Shown: piece after piece, positions 1 to 10,175 of the stretch
How the letters are laid out: each line of letters starts with the position of its first letter
Numbering within the stretch: position 1 is the stretch's first letter
NCBI GenBank assembly: GCA_004558205.1
Contig: SFDM01000029.1
Coordinates: forward strand, 18,784-82,783
Length of the DNA: 64,000 nucleotides
Direction: 5' to 3'
DNA from: Pyramidobacter piscolens
GTDB lineage: Bacteria; Synergistota; Synergistia; Synergistales; Dethiosulfovibrionaceae
Program-made: the position numbers and the translations under genes
The notes under the pieces: generated by a model
What the model saw: only the letters and a program-made list of their open reading frames with translations
What the model was told of the DNA's origin: nothing
The model's database searches: none

Positions 1-735
1 CTGCTTCTCATCGGTCTGCTGCTGTACATGACCATCCCCGCCGGTTCCTTCTTCCGCAACCCCTCGACCGGGACCATCGTCCCCACTTCGCCTCTCCTCA
101 GCGGGATCATCGCCGTGCTGTTCTTCTTCTTCTTCTTTGTGGGCATCGCCTACGGCGTGGGTGCCAAGACCATCAAGAGCATGAGCGACGTGCCGAAACT
201 CATGCAGAAGGGCCTTACCGGCGGCATCAGCTTCCTGGTCGTCGTGCTCCCCGCCTCCATGTTCGTTCAGCTCTTCGCCAGCAGCAACCTGACCACGGTT
301 TTGGCGGTTAAGGGCGGCGAGTGGCTCAAGGCCATGAACCTGGGCGGCATCCCTCTGCTTCTGATGTTCATCCTCTTTGTGTGCTTCATCAACCTGTTCA
401 TGATCTCCGGCTCGGCCAAGTGGCTCATCCTGGCTCCCATCTTCGTGCCCATGTTCTCCGTGGTCGGCTTCAGCCCCGCTCTGACCCAGATGGCCTACCG
501 CATCGGCGACAGCTCCACCAACATCATCTCGCCGCTGTCCTACTACCTGCCGGTCATCATCGGCCTGCTCGAGCAGTATCGCCCCGAAGGCAACGATCAA
601 AAGGTCGGTATCGGCACCGTCATCTCCATGGCCATGCCCTACTCCATGGCCTACGTGGTCTGCTTCTCCGTCCAGATCGTCATCTGGTACCTGCTGGGCC
701 TGCCTCTGGGACCCGCCACACCCTGCGTGATGTAA
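1..735 (+). CDS. abgT: AbgT-family transporter, C-terminal part (5' end outside window)
   Basis: Frame open from base 1. Motifs SGSAKWLILAPIFVPMF, YRIGDSSTNIISPL and LGLPLGP are typical of the AbgT/MtrF/YdaH family. Confidence 0.9.
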   Translation: MLLIGLLLYMTIPAGSFFRNPSTGTIVPTSPLLSGIIAVLFFFFFFVGIAYGVGAKTIKSMSDVPKLMQKGLTGGISFLVVVLPASMFVQLFASSNLTTVLAVKGGEWLKAMNLGGIPLLLMFILFVCFINLFMISGSAKWLILAPIFVPMFSVVGFSPALTQMAYRIGDSSTNIISPLSYYLPVIIGLLEQYRPEGNDQKVGIGTVISMAMPYSMAYVVCFSVQIVIWYLLGLPLGPATPCVM

Positions 736-762
736 TAACGCCGCTGCGTCGGATTGTCAAAG

Positions 763-835
763 AAGCTGTAAAAACAGAAAGGCCTCACAGGCGTCATGCC
801 TACGGGGCCCTTCTGTTTTTTTACAGCTTTTTTTT
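763..835. terminator. Bidirectional intrinsic terminator between abgT and the convergent NUDIX gene
   Basis: Inverted repeat AAGCTGTAAAAACAGAA...TTCTGTTTTTTACAGCTT followed by a T-run. Confidence 0.7.
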
Positions 836-1231
836 CCGAGCCGGCTCCGACGCCAGCATTTTGATGATATCCTCGTCGGCCGGGCAGAAAGGATAATCTG
901 GAAGGTCCTCGTTCCTGACCCATTTCATGTCGTTATGCACGTCCATTTTCAGCGTGCCGCCGGCGATGCGGGCGTTGAAAAAATTGAAGTGGATCGTCCT
1001 GTCGGGATAGGCGTAAGTCGTCTCGGCGTACAGCCCTTCCAGCGCGATCTCGATCTCAAGCTCTTCCCGGCATTCGCGGATCAGGCACTCCTCCATGGTC
1101 TCGCCCGTTTCGCGCTTTCCTCCGGGAAACTCCCACAAAAAAGCGCAGTTTCCGCCCTCGCCGCGCTGGCAGATCAGGATCCGGCCCTGATCGTCCCGTA
1201 AAATGGCGGCTGCCACGTCAATCATCGTCAT
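821..1231 (-). CDS. NUDIX hydrolase, MutT-like (d)NTP pyrophosphohydrolase
   Basis: Nudix box WEFPGGKRETGETMEECLIRECREELEI and C-terminal FCPAD. Confidence 0.9.
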   Translation of the reverse strand: MTMIDVAAAILRDDQGRILICQRGEGGNCAFLWEFPGGKRETGETMEECLIRECREELEIEIALEGLYAETTYAYPDRTIHFNFFNARIAGGTLKMDVHNDMKWVRNEDLPDYPFCPADEDIIKMLASEPARKKKL

Positions 1232-1426
1232 CACTCCACCTTTTTGAATTTTTACCGGCCCTATTGTACCAAAGAGGAGGCGTCCTGGGGAGAGCCATGG
1301 CGCCGCGAAGGGGCGGCGTCAGAAAGATTTTCCGTTTTTCTGAAATTTCCACGGGAAAAAGCGCCCGTTCTAGTGTATGATTGTTCCAGTTTTGTCCTTA
1401 TCACTTTGATTACGGGAGGCTCTTAT

Positions 1427-2971
1427 ATGGCTGAACCATCTTCGTCATGCCTCGTGCAGATGCGGGGCATCACCAAGGCTTTTATGGGCAAGAAAGCCAA
1501 CGACGCGGTCGACCTGGACCTTCACGCCGGGGAGGTGCTGGCGCTTCTGGGGGAGAATGGCGCCGGCAAGTCGACGCTGATGAACGTCCTGTCGGGAATC
1601 TACACTCCCGATGCCGGCGAAATCCTAGTCGGCGGAACGCCTGTCCGATTCCGATCGCCCCACGACGCGATCGCCGCGGGAATCGGCATGGTGCATCAGC
1701 ATTTTATGCTCGTCCCCAGCCAGACGGTCTGGGAGAATATGGTGCTGGGCATGGACCTGCCCGTGATCCTGCCGAGAAAAAAGATCATCGCCGAAATTCA
1801 GAGAATTTCTTCTCTTTATGGGCTTGAAGTGGATCCGGAAGCCTGCGTCTGGCAGCTTTCCATCGGCGAGCAGCAGCGCGTGGCCATTTTGAAGGCGCTG
1901 TACCGCAACGCCCGCGTGCTGATTCTCGACGAACCCACGGCAGTGCTGACGCCCCAGGAGGCGGAGAAGCTGTTCGACACCATCCGCCGGATGACCCGCG
2001 AAGGCCGCGGCGTGATCTTCATCTCCCACAAGCTGGACGAGATTCTGGAACTGTCCCGGCGCATCGCCGTGCTTCGCCGGGGGCGCCTGGTGGGGGCTCT
2101 CGAAACGGCGCGCACCACCAAGGAGGAAATCGCCGAACTGATGGTGGGCTCCAGGATGAATCTGAACATCGAAAAGAAGCGCCTCGCTCCCGGGCCTGTA
2201 GTCCAGGAGCTCAGCAACGTGGGCGTGATCAACGACCGGGGGCTCTGGGAGCTGCGGCACGTCTCACTGCGGCTTCACGAGGGAGAAATCCTGGGGCTGG
2301 CGGGCGTGTCGGGCAACGGGCAGACGGCGCTCTGCCAGGCCATGGCGGGGCTGTGCCCCCTGAACGAAGGGACGATTGCCGTGGACGGCGAGGACTTCAC
2401 CCATAGGGAACCCCGCGCCTTCATCAACAAGGGGATCCGCTACATCCCCGCCGACCGGAAGGGCGAAGGCATGGTGGGCAACATGGACGTGACGGAGAAC
2501 TCCATGCTCAAGCGCTACTGGACGCCCTCGGCCACAAAGGGGCAGTTCGGACTGAACATCAACTGGAAGGCCATGAAGGAGCACGCCAAAAACATCGTGC
2601 GCCAGTTCAGCGTGGACACGCCGTCCATCGCCAACCCCGTGCGCAACCTCTCGGGCGGCAACCTGCAGAAGCTCATGCTGGGACGGGAGCTCAGCGACCC
2701 ACACCGCGTGCTTCTGGCCATGAACCCCACCTGGGGGCTCGACGTGGCGGCAACCCGTTTTGTGCGCGAACAGATCCTGGCGGCGCGCGACGCCGGAACG
2801 GCGGTCTTTTTGGTGTCGGAAGACCTGGAGGAGCTGGCGGCGCTCTGCGACCGCCTGGCGGTAATTTACCGCGGCCAGATCACGGGGATTATCAACGATC
2901 CCCAGTCTGCCAGCTTCGAGACGATCGGCCTGCTGATGGCAGGCGCCCATGACGAAGGGTGGGGTGAATGA
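1427..2971 (+). CDS. ABC transporter ATP-binding protein, two NBDs (CUT2 nucleoside/sugar type)
   Basis: Walker A GENGAGKST, LSIGEQQR and ILDEPT, second domain LSGGNLQK. Start placed at ATG 1427 behind GGGAGG. Confidence 0.92.
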   Translation: MAEPSSSCLVQMRGITKAFMGKKANDAVDLDLHAGEVLALLGENGAGKSTLMNVLSGIYTPDAGEILVGGTPVRFRSPHDAIAAGIGMVHQHFMLVPSQTVWENMVLGMDLPVILPRKKIIAEIQRISSLYGLEVDPEACVWQLSIGEQQRVAILKALYRNARVLILDEPTAVLTPQEAEKLFDTIRRMTREGRGVIFISHKLDEILELSRRIAVLRRGRLVGALETARTTKEEIAELMVGSRMNLNIEKKRLAPGPVVQELSNVGVINDRGLWELRHVSLRLHEGEILGLAGVSGNGQTALCQAMAGLCPLNEGTIAVDGEDFTHREPRAFINKGIRYIPADRKGEGMVGNMDVTENSMLKRYWTPSATKGQFGLNINWKAMKEHAKNIVRQFSVDTPSIANPVRNLSGGNLQKLMLGRELSDPHRVLLAMNPTWGLDVAATRFVREQILAARDAGTAVFLVSEDLEELAALCDRLAVIYRGQITGIINDPQSASFETIGLLMAGAHDEGWGE

Positions 2972-4029
2972 TGCGCATGGAAAAAAGAAGCGCCTGTTCC
3001 TGGCAGGTCAGCCTGACGGTCTCGTTCTGCTCCATCGCGGCGGCGCTGGCGGTCAGTGCCGTCTTCCTGAAGTGCATGGGCATCGCTCCGGCGGAAGCCT
3101 TTTACGAGATGGCCTTCTCGGCCTTCGGCGACGGCTACGGCCTCTCGGAAACCCTGACGAAAGCCATTCCCCTGGTGATCAGCGCCGTCGCGCTGATCCT
3201 CTGCTACAGGATGCTGGTGTGGAACATCGGAGCCGAAGGACAGATCATGGCCGGAGCCCTGGCGGCCACAGCCATGGTCCGCTGGTTCCCCTCGGACAGC
3301 GCCTTCGTCATGCTGGCGCTGATGATCCTGGCAGCCATTCTGGCCGGCGCCTTTTGGGCCCTGATCTCGGGATTCATGCGGGCACGGTGGAATGTGAACG
3401 AAATCATCACCACGCTGATGCTGAACTACATCGCGGTGAACCTGAAAAACTTTTTCGTCTACGGCCCCTGGCGCGACCCCACGGCGCTGGGCTTTCCGAT
3501 GACGGCCCCTTTCCCGGGATCGGCGATTCTGAGCGAGATCGGATTTGGCCGCGTCTACTCCGCGGTCTGGCTGATCATCGCGTTCCCGATCCTGGCGTGG
3601 TGGATCCTCAGCTATACGCGCTGGGGCTATGAAATTCGGGTCGTGGGCGAGAACCCACGCGCCGCCCGTTTCGCGGGAATCAACGACATGAAAAACCTCC
3701 TGCTGGTGATGCTCGTCTCCGGCGGCCTCTGCGGCCTCTGCGGATTCGTGGAGATGGCAGGAATCCAGCACCGCCTTCAGGCCGGCTACAGCACGGCCTA
3801 CGGTTTTACGGCGGTCATCGTGGCATGGCTTTCCAACCTGAATCCCCTGCTCACGCCCTTCGTGGCCATGCTCATGGGCGGCCTGCTGGTCGGCGGGGAA
3901 TCGCTGCAGATCGTCATGGGGCTGCCCGTGGCCGGCGTCCAGATCATTCAGGGGTTCATCCTGCTGTTCGTCATCGCGGGAGAATTCTTTAAACGCTATC
4001 GCATGGTGCTGCGCAGGGAGGCGCGCTGA
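2968..4029 (+). CDS. ABC transporter permease (BPD_transp_2, nucleoside type)
   Basis: WNIGAEGQ, VNEIITTLMLNYIA and GENPRAARFAGI motifs; overlaps the upstream stop. Confidence 0.9.
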   Translation: MMRMEKRSACSWQVSLTVSFCSIAAALAVSAVFLKCMGIAPAEAFYEMAFSAFGDGYGLSETLTKAIPLVISAVALILCYRMLVWNIGAEGQIMAGALAATAMVRWFPSDSAFVMLALMILAAILAGAFWALISGFMRARWNVNEIITTLMLNYIAVNLKNFFVYGPWRDPTALGFPMTAPFPGSAILSEIGFGRVYSAVWLIIAFPILAWWILSYTRWGYEIRVVGENPRAARFAGINDMKNLLLVMLVSGGLCGLCGFVEMAGIQHRLQAGYSTAYGFTAVIVAWLSNLNPLLTPFVAMLMGGLLVGGESLQIVMGLPVAGVQIIQGFILLFVIAGEFFKRYRMVLRREAR

Positions 4030-4031
4030 TT

Positions 4032-4967
4032 ATGGACATGGAACTGATGATCACCATCTTCTCGGCGGCGGTCCGAAGCGGTACGCCGATCCTTTACGGC
4101 ACCCTCGGCGAAATTCTCACCGAAAAAAGCGGCGTCCAAAACCTGGGCCTTGAAGGCCTGATGCTGATGGGAGCGCTCTCAGGCTTTGCCGTCACCTACA
4201 GCACGGGCTCGCCCTGGCTGGGCGTGCTGGCTGGATTCTGCGCCGGTGCGGCGCTGGCGGCGATCCACGCCTTCGTGTCCGTCACGCTGGGCGCCAACCA
4301 GGTTGTCAGCGGCCTGGCGCTGACCATGCTCGGCACCGGCGCCAGCGCCCTGCTGGGCAACAGGTTCGTCGGAGAGACCATCACGGGGCTTCAGACGGTC
4401 AAAATCCCACTGCTCGGAGACCTCCCCGTCCTGGGGCCGATCTTGTTCCAGCACGACGCACTGGTCTACCTCTCCTATTTCCTGACGGCCTTTTTGTGCT
4501 GGTACATCTGGCGCACCCGCATGGGGTTGAATCTCCGCGCCGTGGGCGACGCGCCGCGCGCCGCCGACAGCGTGGGCATCGGCGTGGCGAAGCTGCGCTA
4601 CCTCTATACGCTCTTGGGCGGCGGCATCGTGGCTCTGGGCGGCGCTTACATGTCCATATCCTACAGCCATATGTGGTCTGAAGGCATGACGGCCGGGCGC
4701 GGCTGGATCGCCGTGGCTCTCGTGATCTTCGCGATTTGGCATCCCGCGCGGGCCATGTTCGGCGCCTACCTTTTCGGCGGCGTGGAGGCCTGCCAGCTGA
4801 GGATCCAGGCCGTCGGCACGGTCATTCCGGCGCCGCTGCTCCTCATGCTGCCCTACGCCTTGACGATCCTGGTCCTGCTGGCCATCTCCATCAGCAAGGG
4901 CAAGGGCGTCTCTCTGGGCGCCCCTCACGCTCTGAGCGTTCCCTACTACAGGGAAGAACGAGAGTAA
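4032..4967 (+). CDS. ABC transporter permease (BPD_transp_2, nucleoside type)
   Basis: EKSGVQNLGLEGLML, ANQVVSG and AGRGWIAVALVIF motifs. Confidence 0.9.
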   Translation: MDMELMITIFSAAVRSGTPILYGTLGEILTEKSGVQNLGLEGLMLMGALSGFAVTYSTGSPWLGVLAGFCAGAALAAIHAFVSVTLGANQVVSGLALTMLGTGASALLGNRFVGETITGLQTVKIPLLGDLPVLGPILFQHDALVYLSYFLTAFLCWYIWRTRMGLNLRAVGDAPRAADSVGIGVAKLRYLYTLLGGGIVALGGAYMSISYSHMWSEGMTAGRGWIAVALVIFAIWHPARAMFGAYLFGGVEACQLRIQAVGTVIPAPLLLMLPYALTILVLLAISISKGKGVSLGAPHALSVPYYREERE

Positions 4968-5018
4968 AAAAGACAGCCGCGCCCGGAAGTTCAAAACCTT
5001 CCAGACGCGGCTGTCTTT
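4968..5018 (+). terminator. Intrinsic terminator after the ABC operon
   Basis: Hairpin AAAGACAGCCGCG...CGCGGCTGTCTTT. Confidence 0.65.
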
Positions 5019-5029
5019 ACATTGCTATT

Positions 5030-5236
5030 TACCAGAGTGACGAAAGTCAAGGTCAAAAGATTTTCATCGCAAAAGCTGAACAGAAAGGGCGCAAAGGCCG
5101 CAAAGGAAAAGCAAAACCCGAACCAATAACAAAAAAATACGAACCCGCATGATAATAATTATGTATTTTAATGAATTTCGTGACTTTATGAATCTTTAAG
5201 GTTTTCCTCTGCGATTCAATCTTTTGATCTTGCTTT
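5030..5236 (+). repeat. Dispersed MITE/REPIN-like repeat family A, copy 1
   Basis: Terminal inverted repeats CAAGGTCAAAAGATTTTCATCGCA / TGCGATTCAATCTTTTGATCTTG and internal GCAAAGG repeats. Aligns by eye with the reverse complement of 28983-29197. Confidence 0.8.
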
Positions 5237-5282
5237 TGAACCGCCGCTCACGTCAGCAGCGCAGGGGGGCGGCAATTTACAG

Positions 5283-6422
5283 CTAGATCTCAAAAGTCCC
5301 CTTGGCCAGCACAACGCCGTCGCGCAGCATCAGGCGGCCCTTGCCGATCAATGTGCGGAGGCCAAGTTTTTCGTCAAGAATCATCACGTCGGCGTCAAAA
5401 CCCTTTTCAATGCGTCCCTTGCCGGACAGGTTCAGCCATTTTGCCGGATTGGCGCTGGCCATGGCCAGGAGCTTCTCCAAGGGAACCGCGCCGCTTTCGG
5501 CGCATTGGGCCACCGCTTTCAGGATCGTGGCCGGGTCGCCCACCCCCATGCCGGCGAAGTTGCCGGCCGCGTCGAAGCGAGGCATGCTGCCGTTGCCGTC
5601 GGAGCTGAAACACACACGCGACAGGTCTGCGCCGCCTTCGACGAACTGAGCCACCGCCGCAGGCGTCTTTTCATCGGCCGTGATGTCGGCCACGCCGCCC
5701 TCGTTCACCCACTTCACAGCGTCGGCCAGCAGCGAATCGCAGCGGCTCACATGAGTGGGCATAAACTGGGTCAGAGGCACGTCGATACCGGCGACCGCCT
5801 GACGCAGAGGCTCCAAACCGGCGGCCTCGCTGCCCATGTGGACGCAGACCACGCCGCGCTTCCCCGCCAGCATTCCCGAAACGCGGACTTCAGAGACCAG
5901 CGCGCGGATGCTTTCGACCGAAGGGTGGGACGAACGGTGGTCAGAAAGGGCCATTTTGCAGCCAATGACCTTGTCGATCCAAGCGATGTCAGTCCCCACC
6001 TTGCCAGTGATCGTCGGACCTGGAAGCTGATAAGCCCCTGTATAGATCCAGGTGCTCAGTCCTTCGATCTCGAGGGCACGGGACTTCTGGAGCAGCTCCA
6101 CCAGAGAGCGCCCGTAGCCGTCGGTGCCCAGCAGCCCAACGGCCGACGTAATGCCAGCCTTGACGAAGGTGGAAAGCTGGGCCGGGGGCGTGCGGAAGTT
6201 AAATCCGCCCTCGCCGCCGGCGCCGCCGAAGTGGTTGTGATGGTCGATAATGCCGGGCGCGGCGACAGCCCCCTCGCAGTTGATCACCTCAAGGCCAGGA
6301 ACCTTCACGTCCAGATCTTTCCCAATCTCGGCCACCTGGGCGCCCAGGATCAGCAGATCCGCTTCGCCCAAGTGTTCAGGAGCGTAGAGGTCAACGTTTT
6401 TCAGAAGCAAAGGATGATTCAT
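5283..6422 (-). CDS. iadA: Beta-aspartyl (isoaspartyl) dipeptidase, copy 1
   Basis: Motifs DHHNHFGGAGGEGG, VGLLGTDG, KMALSDHRSS, VHMG, PTHV, SSDGNGS and KGTFE. Confidence 0.9.
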   Translation of the reverse strand: MNHPLLLKNVDLYAPEHLGEADLLILGAQVAEIGKDLDVKVPGLEVINCEGAVAAPGIIDHHNHFGGAGGEGGFNFRTPPAQLSTFVKAGITSAVGLLGTDGYGRSLVELLQKSRALEIEGLSTWIYTGAYQLPGPTITGKVGTDIAWIDKVIGCKMALSDHRSSHPSVESIRALVSEVRVSGMLAGKRGVVCVHMGSEAAGLEPLRQAVAGIDVPLTQFMPTHVSRCDSLLADAVKWVNEGGVADITADEKTPAAVAQFVEGGADLSRVCFSSDGNGSMPRFDAAGNFAGMGVGDPATILKAVAQCAESGAVPLEKLLAMASANPAKWLNLSGKGRIEKGFDADVMILDEKLGLRTLIGKGRLMLRDGVVLAKGTFEI

Positions 6423-6504
6423 TCAAATCTCTCCATTCGATTTAATTTCAGACAAAGAGCGCAGGCCGGAGTATATAAATCGGCCTGCGCTGGCTTTCAG
6501 AAAT

Positions 6505-7914
6505 TTACTGCTGTTCGGTTTTATTGCGGAAAATAGCAAAGTTACAAAAAGCATAGATCCAGGCAAACACCACACCGCAATAGCACATAATAGTCCAGGG
6601 CAAATAGCTCAACACAGGTACGTCAAGGATGGAAGCCATATAAACGCCTGCCGCCGACCAAGGAATCAAGGGAACCACCACAGTACCGGAATCCTCCAAA
6701 GTGCGGGACAGAACCCTGCGCTGAATGCCGAATCCGTCGAAAAGCTCGCGATACATGGTTCCGGGCATAATGATGCTGAGATAGGAGTTGCCCGTCCCGA
6801 GAGCGGTAATGATCCCTGTCAAGGAGGTCGAGAAAACCAAACGTCCCACGCTGCTCTTGATAAAGCGCTCTTTCATGGCCATAGTGACTACGCGAATGGT
6901 TCCAGTGCATTCAAGCTGACCGGCAAAAATATAGGCGAAGAAAATCACCGTCACCGATGAAGACATGAAAGAAAGGCCGCCGCGGCTCAGCAGACTGTCG
7001 ACCACTTTAACGCCCGTGGCCGCTTTCGGCCCGCTGGCCATAATTTTGACGATGGCAGGAATCGTGTGTCCCTGCATCATCGCCAGGGGCACCGCGGAAA
7101 GCATAGAGGCCCACAGGACAGGGATTGTGGGAAATCCCATAAAGGCAAGCACCAACAACACAAGAGCGGGAATGAGAACGACCGGCGAAAGTTTATAGGC
7201 TCCGTCAATGGCGTTCACAATCTCATTGATGCGGGTCATATCCATGGCGTCGGAACTTGACGAGCCAACCCAAGCGTAAACGGCGAGTCCTACGCAAAAC
7301 GCAGGAAGCGTGGTCCACATCATGGATTTGATGTGGTCGATCAGGTCGCATTCAGCCGTCGCTGCGGCAAGAACCGTCGTGTCGGAAATAGGGCTTACCT
7401 TGTCGCCGAAATAACTGCCAGCAATGACGGCGCCGGCAGTCGCAGCGGGAGAGATCCCCAGGCCGTGCCCAATGCCCATAAGGGCAACGCCAAAGGTCGC
7501 CGCAGACCCCCAGGAAGTCCCCGTCAGCACCGATGAAATAGCGCAGATGACCGAGGCGGAGACCAAGAACGTACTGGGTTTCAGAATTGAAAGCCCGACC
7601 TTAATCAGATAAGGGACGGTACCGGCGGCCATCCAGATCGCGATCATGGGCCCCACGATCAAAAGGATCAGAATAGCGCCTGAAGCGCGGGCCACCATTG
7701 GGATGACGCCCTCTTTAAACATATAATCCCAGGTAAAACGATAGCCATAAACGTAGATGATTGTCGTCGCCAAAGCTACAATCAAAACGAGCATGCCTGT
7801 GTCAAAATTCATAAACAGCTTGCCGACGATCATAATAAAGAGGATCATCAGCAAAATACCGACAGCGCCGCCTAAGCCAACTTCTTTGTGTACTCTTTCT
7901 ACCTTATTGCTCAC
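6505..7914 (-). CDS. NhaC-family antiporter / amino-acid-type transporter
   Basis: Motifs GTSWGSAATFG, GSYFGDKVSPISDTT and SRTLEDSGTVVVPLIPW; GTG start behind GGAGG. Confidence 0.88.
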   Translation of the reverse strand: MSNKVERVHKEVGLGGAVGILLMILFIMIVGKLFMNFDTGMLVLIVALATTIIYVYGYRFTWDYMFKEGVIPMVARASGAILILLIVGPMIAIWMAAGTVPYLIKVGLSILKPSTFLVSASVICAISSVLTGTSWGSAATFGVALMGIGHGLGISPAATAGAVIAGSYFGDKVSPISDTTVLAAATAECDLIDHIKSMMWTTLPAFCVGLAVYAWVGSSSSDAMDMTRINEIVNAIDGAYKLSPVVLIPALVLLVLAFMGFPTIPVLWASMLSAVPLAMMQGHTIPAIVKIMASGPKAATGVKVVDSLLSRGGLSFMSSSVTVIFFAYIFAGQLECTGTIRVVTMAMKERFIKSSVGRLVFSTSLTGIITALGTGNSYLSIIMPGTMYRELFDGFGIQRRVLSRTLEDSGTVVVPLIPWSAAGVYMASILDVPVLSYLPWTIMCYCGVVFAWIYAFCNFAIFRNKTEQQ

Positions 7915-8266
7915 TTATACCGCCTCCATCATCACATGAAAATATGAAGACATCCCCTAAGGACGTCACGCCGATGAAAAACACCAGCAGCATCACAGAT
8001 TTCAGCTTGTTCAAATGAAGTCCGGGCCCGGAAACTTCATAAAATGAATCCAAAACAATGAATTGAGTATAATAGAAACATAAAAGCATGTCAATGGATA
8101 CAGTTATAAAACCATAAAAAAGCACCAAGCAAAATTTCCAAAGATTTGCGGCATATTTTCGGAATCCATGCGTGAACGCAGGGTTTGTACTCAAGGCCGC
8201 AAATAGGGATTTTGCTCGGTGCTTTTTTTATTCGTTGTTTTATCCCTGAACATGGAGCTCACAAGG

Positions 8267-9451
8267 CTATTTCTCGAAGAGCCCCTTCCGGAGCGCCACC
8301 GCGTCAAAGAACATGACGCTGCCCTTCGCTATGACGTGACGCAGTTTCAAGCTTTTATCGACAACAATCAGATCAGCGTCCCCGCCAAGTTGAATATGCC
8401 CCTTGCAACCTGGCAGACGCAGGGCTTCAGCCATATTCGCCGAACAAATTCGGGACGCTTTTTCAACGGGCATCTCTTCTTTCAGCATGTCCAAAAACTC
8501 GTCTATCATGGAGTGAACCGGGGCCATCAAAGGTAGTTTTTCTCCCGTTTCCGAGTCGATACGGGTCATCACGCCGTTGCCGTCAGAACTCATGGTCACG
8601 TTCTTCAGCGGGACTCCGGCTTCCAACAAACGGGCCGCGGCTCTGCTGGGCTTTACGGCGCCGGGAAAACAGCAGCTTTCGGAAACACCCGAACTGATAT
8701 CCACGCGGCCTCCCGCGAGCCCATAGCTGATCGCCTGCTGAAACACCGATTCGGAACGATTCAGGTGGGTGGGAATAAACTGGCTCAGAGGAATATCGCT
8801 GTGCGACGCAATGTCTAGGAAAGGTTCAAGCCTTTTTTCGCCCTCGCCGATATGTACCATCACAAGGCCGCACTTTCCAGCCAAGATCCCGCCTACCCTG
8901 CTTTCCGCGGCGGCTTTTTGAAGATCCTGAACAGGAACCTGGGAAGCTCTGTGGTCAGAACAAGCTAACTTTAGCCCTATGACTTTGTCGATTAGGAGAA
9001 TATCAGAAGCCACGTCGCCGGTTATAGTCGGCCCGGGAATCTGGTAAGATCCCGTAAAAATCCATGTGCTCAGTCCCTCTTCCTCCAAAGCGCGGGCTTT
9101 CATCAGCAGCTCGCGCAGCGAACGGCAATACCCATCCGTACCAAGCAGGCCCACGGCACTGGTGATCCCCGCGCTCGTCAGTTCCGACAGCTGAAGCGGC
9201 GGCGTTCGGTACACAGCGCCGCCCTCGCCGCCTGCGCCTCCAAAGTGGACGTGAGCGTCCACCAAACCGGGCAGGACCAGTGCGCCTTCACAGTCTATCA
9301 CCTTGACCTCGGCCCCAAGCAGCTTTAAAGCCGTGCTGAAATCCTCATTTAATGAGAGAAATTTCCCGTCCAAAATAGTCAGGTCGGCCATCCCCAAAGG
9401 TTCAGGCGCATAAAGATCACAGTTTTTTAAAACAATTCCATGTGGTGTCAT
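8267..9451 (-). CDS. iadA: Beta-aspartyl (isoaspartyl) dipeptidase, copy 2 (divergent)
   Basis: Motifs DAHVHFGGAGGEGG, KLACSDHRAS, PTHLNR and SSDGNGV. Start MTPHGIV at 9451 behind AGAAAGGA. Confidence 0.88.
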   Translation of the reverse strand: MTPHGIVLKNCDLYAPEPLGMADLTILDGKFLSLNEDFSTALKLLGAEVKVIDCEGALVLPGLVDAHVHFGGAGGEGGAVYRTPPLQLSELTSAGITSAVGLLGTDGYCRSLRELLMKARALEEEGLSTWIFTGSYQIPGPTITGDVASDILLIDKVIGLKLACSDHRASQVPVQDLQKAAAESRVGGILAGKCGLVMVHIGEGEKRLEPFLDIASHSDIPLSQFIPTHLNRSESVFQQAISYGLAGGRVDISSGVSESCCFPGAVKPSRAAARLLEAGVPLKNVTMSSDGNGVMTRIDSETGEKLPLMAPVHSMIDEFLDMLKEEMPVEKASRICSANMAEALRLPGCKGHIQLGGDADLIVVDKSLKLRHVIAKGSVMFFDAVALRKGLFEK

Positions 9452-9456
9452 TAGGG

Positions 9457-10158
9457 TTAATTTCCTTTCTTTTGTGATTTTCCCAACTTTGAACGATAGC
9501 GCCAAGTGTTGATGACATGTTCTTCCATCAAATAACGGCTGCGTTCGGCGTCGTGGTTTTCGAGGGCGTCGACGATCATGGCGTGTTCTTTCCAGCTCGG
9601 AATCGACTTGACGCGCTCCTGAGGCCTGTCGCCGTCGAGGTAAAAGGTCGCGTAGAGCAGCGTGTACAGCGTTGAACGCCAATAGCTGCAGTCAAAAAAG
9701 CGCAGCAGGTAGACGTTCCCCGAGAACGACACGATCTTTCTGTGAAAAACCTCGTTCAGGTCGGCGTAAAGGTCCTTGTCCCTGTGCTCGCTGAAAAGTT
9801 CCGACTCCTTCCAGTTGACGCTGCGCAGGTCGCTGATCTGTTCGGGCGTGCAGAATTTCGCGAGCACTCCCGCGGCCGCGCCCTCAATGCTGGCCCGGAC
9901 CAGAAAGATCTGCTGCATATCGTCCCTGGAAAGGGCGGGCAGCAGATAGCCCTTTCTGCCGGGCTCCTTCACAAGCACGCCTTCCGCGACCAGACGGCTC
10001 AAAGCGTTGCGCAGCGGAGTGCGGCTCATGTTCAGACGCTCCGCCAGGTCCGGCTCGAAGAGCCGTTCCCCCGGCACGATCTCCTGGCGCCGGATCAATT
10101 CAACTAGCGTCTGAAAGGCCCGCAGTTCCGCTTTTTGCTCCAATTCAGTGTCCCGCAT
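9457..10158 (-). CDS. GntR-family (FCD) transcriptional regulator
   Basis: wHTH PGERLFEPDLAERLNMSRTPLRNALSRLVAEG and FCD-like FHRKIV...EHAMIVDAL. Start MRDTELE behind AGGAGG. Confidence 0.9.
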   Translation of the reverse strand: MRDTELEQKAELRAFQTLVELIRRQEIVPGERLFEPDLAERLNMSRTPLRNALSRLVAEGVLVKEPGRKGYLLPALSRDDMQQIFLVRASIEGAAAGVLAKFCTPEQISDLRSVNWKESELFSEHRDKDLYADLNEVFHRKIVSFSGNVYLLRFFDCSYWRSTLYTLLYATFYLDGDRPQERVKSIPSWKEHAMIVDALENHDAERSRYLMEEHVINTWRYRSKLGKSQKKGN

Positions 10159-10175
10159 TTCTTTTATTTTCCTCC

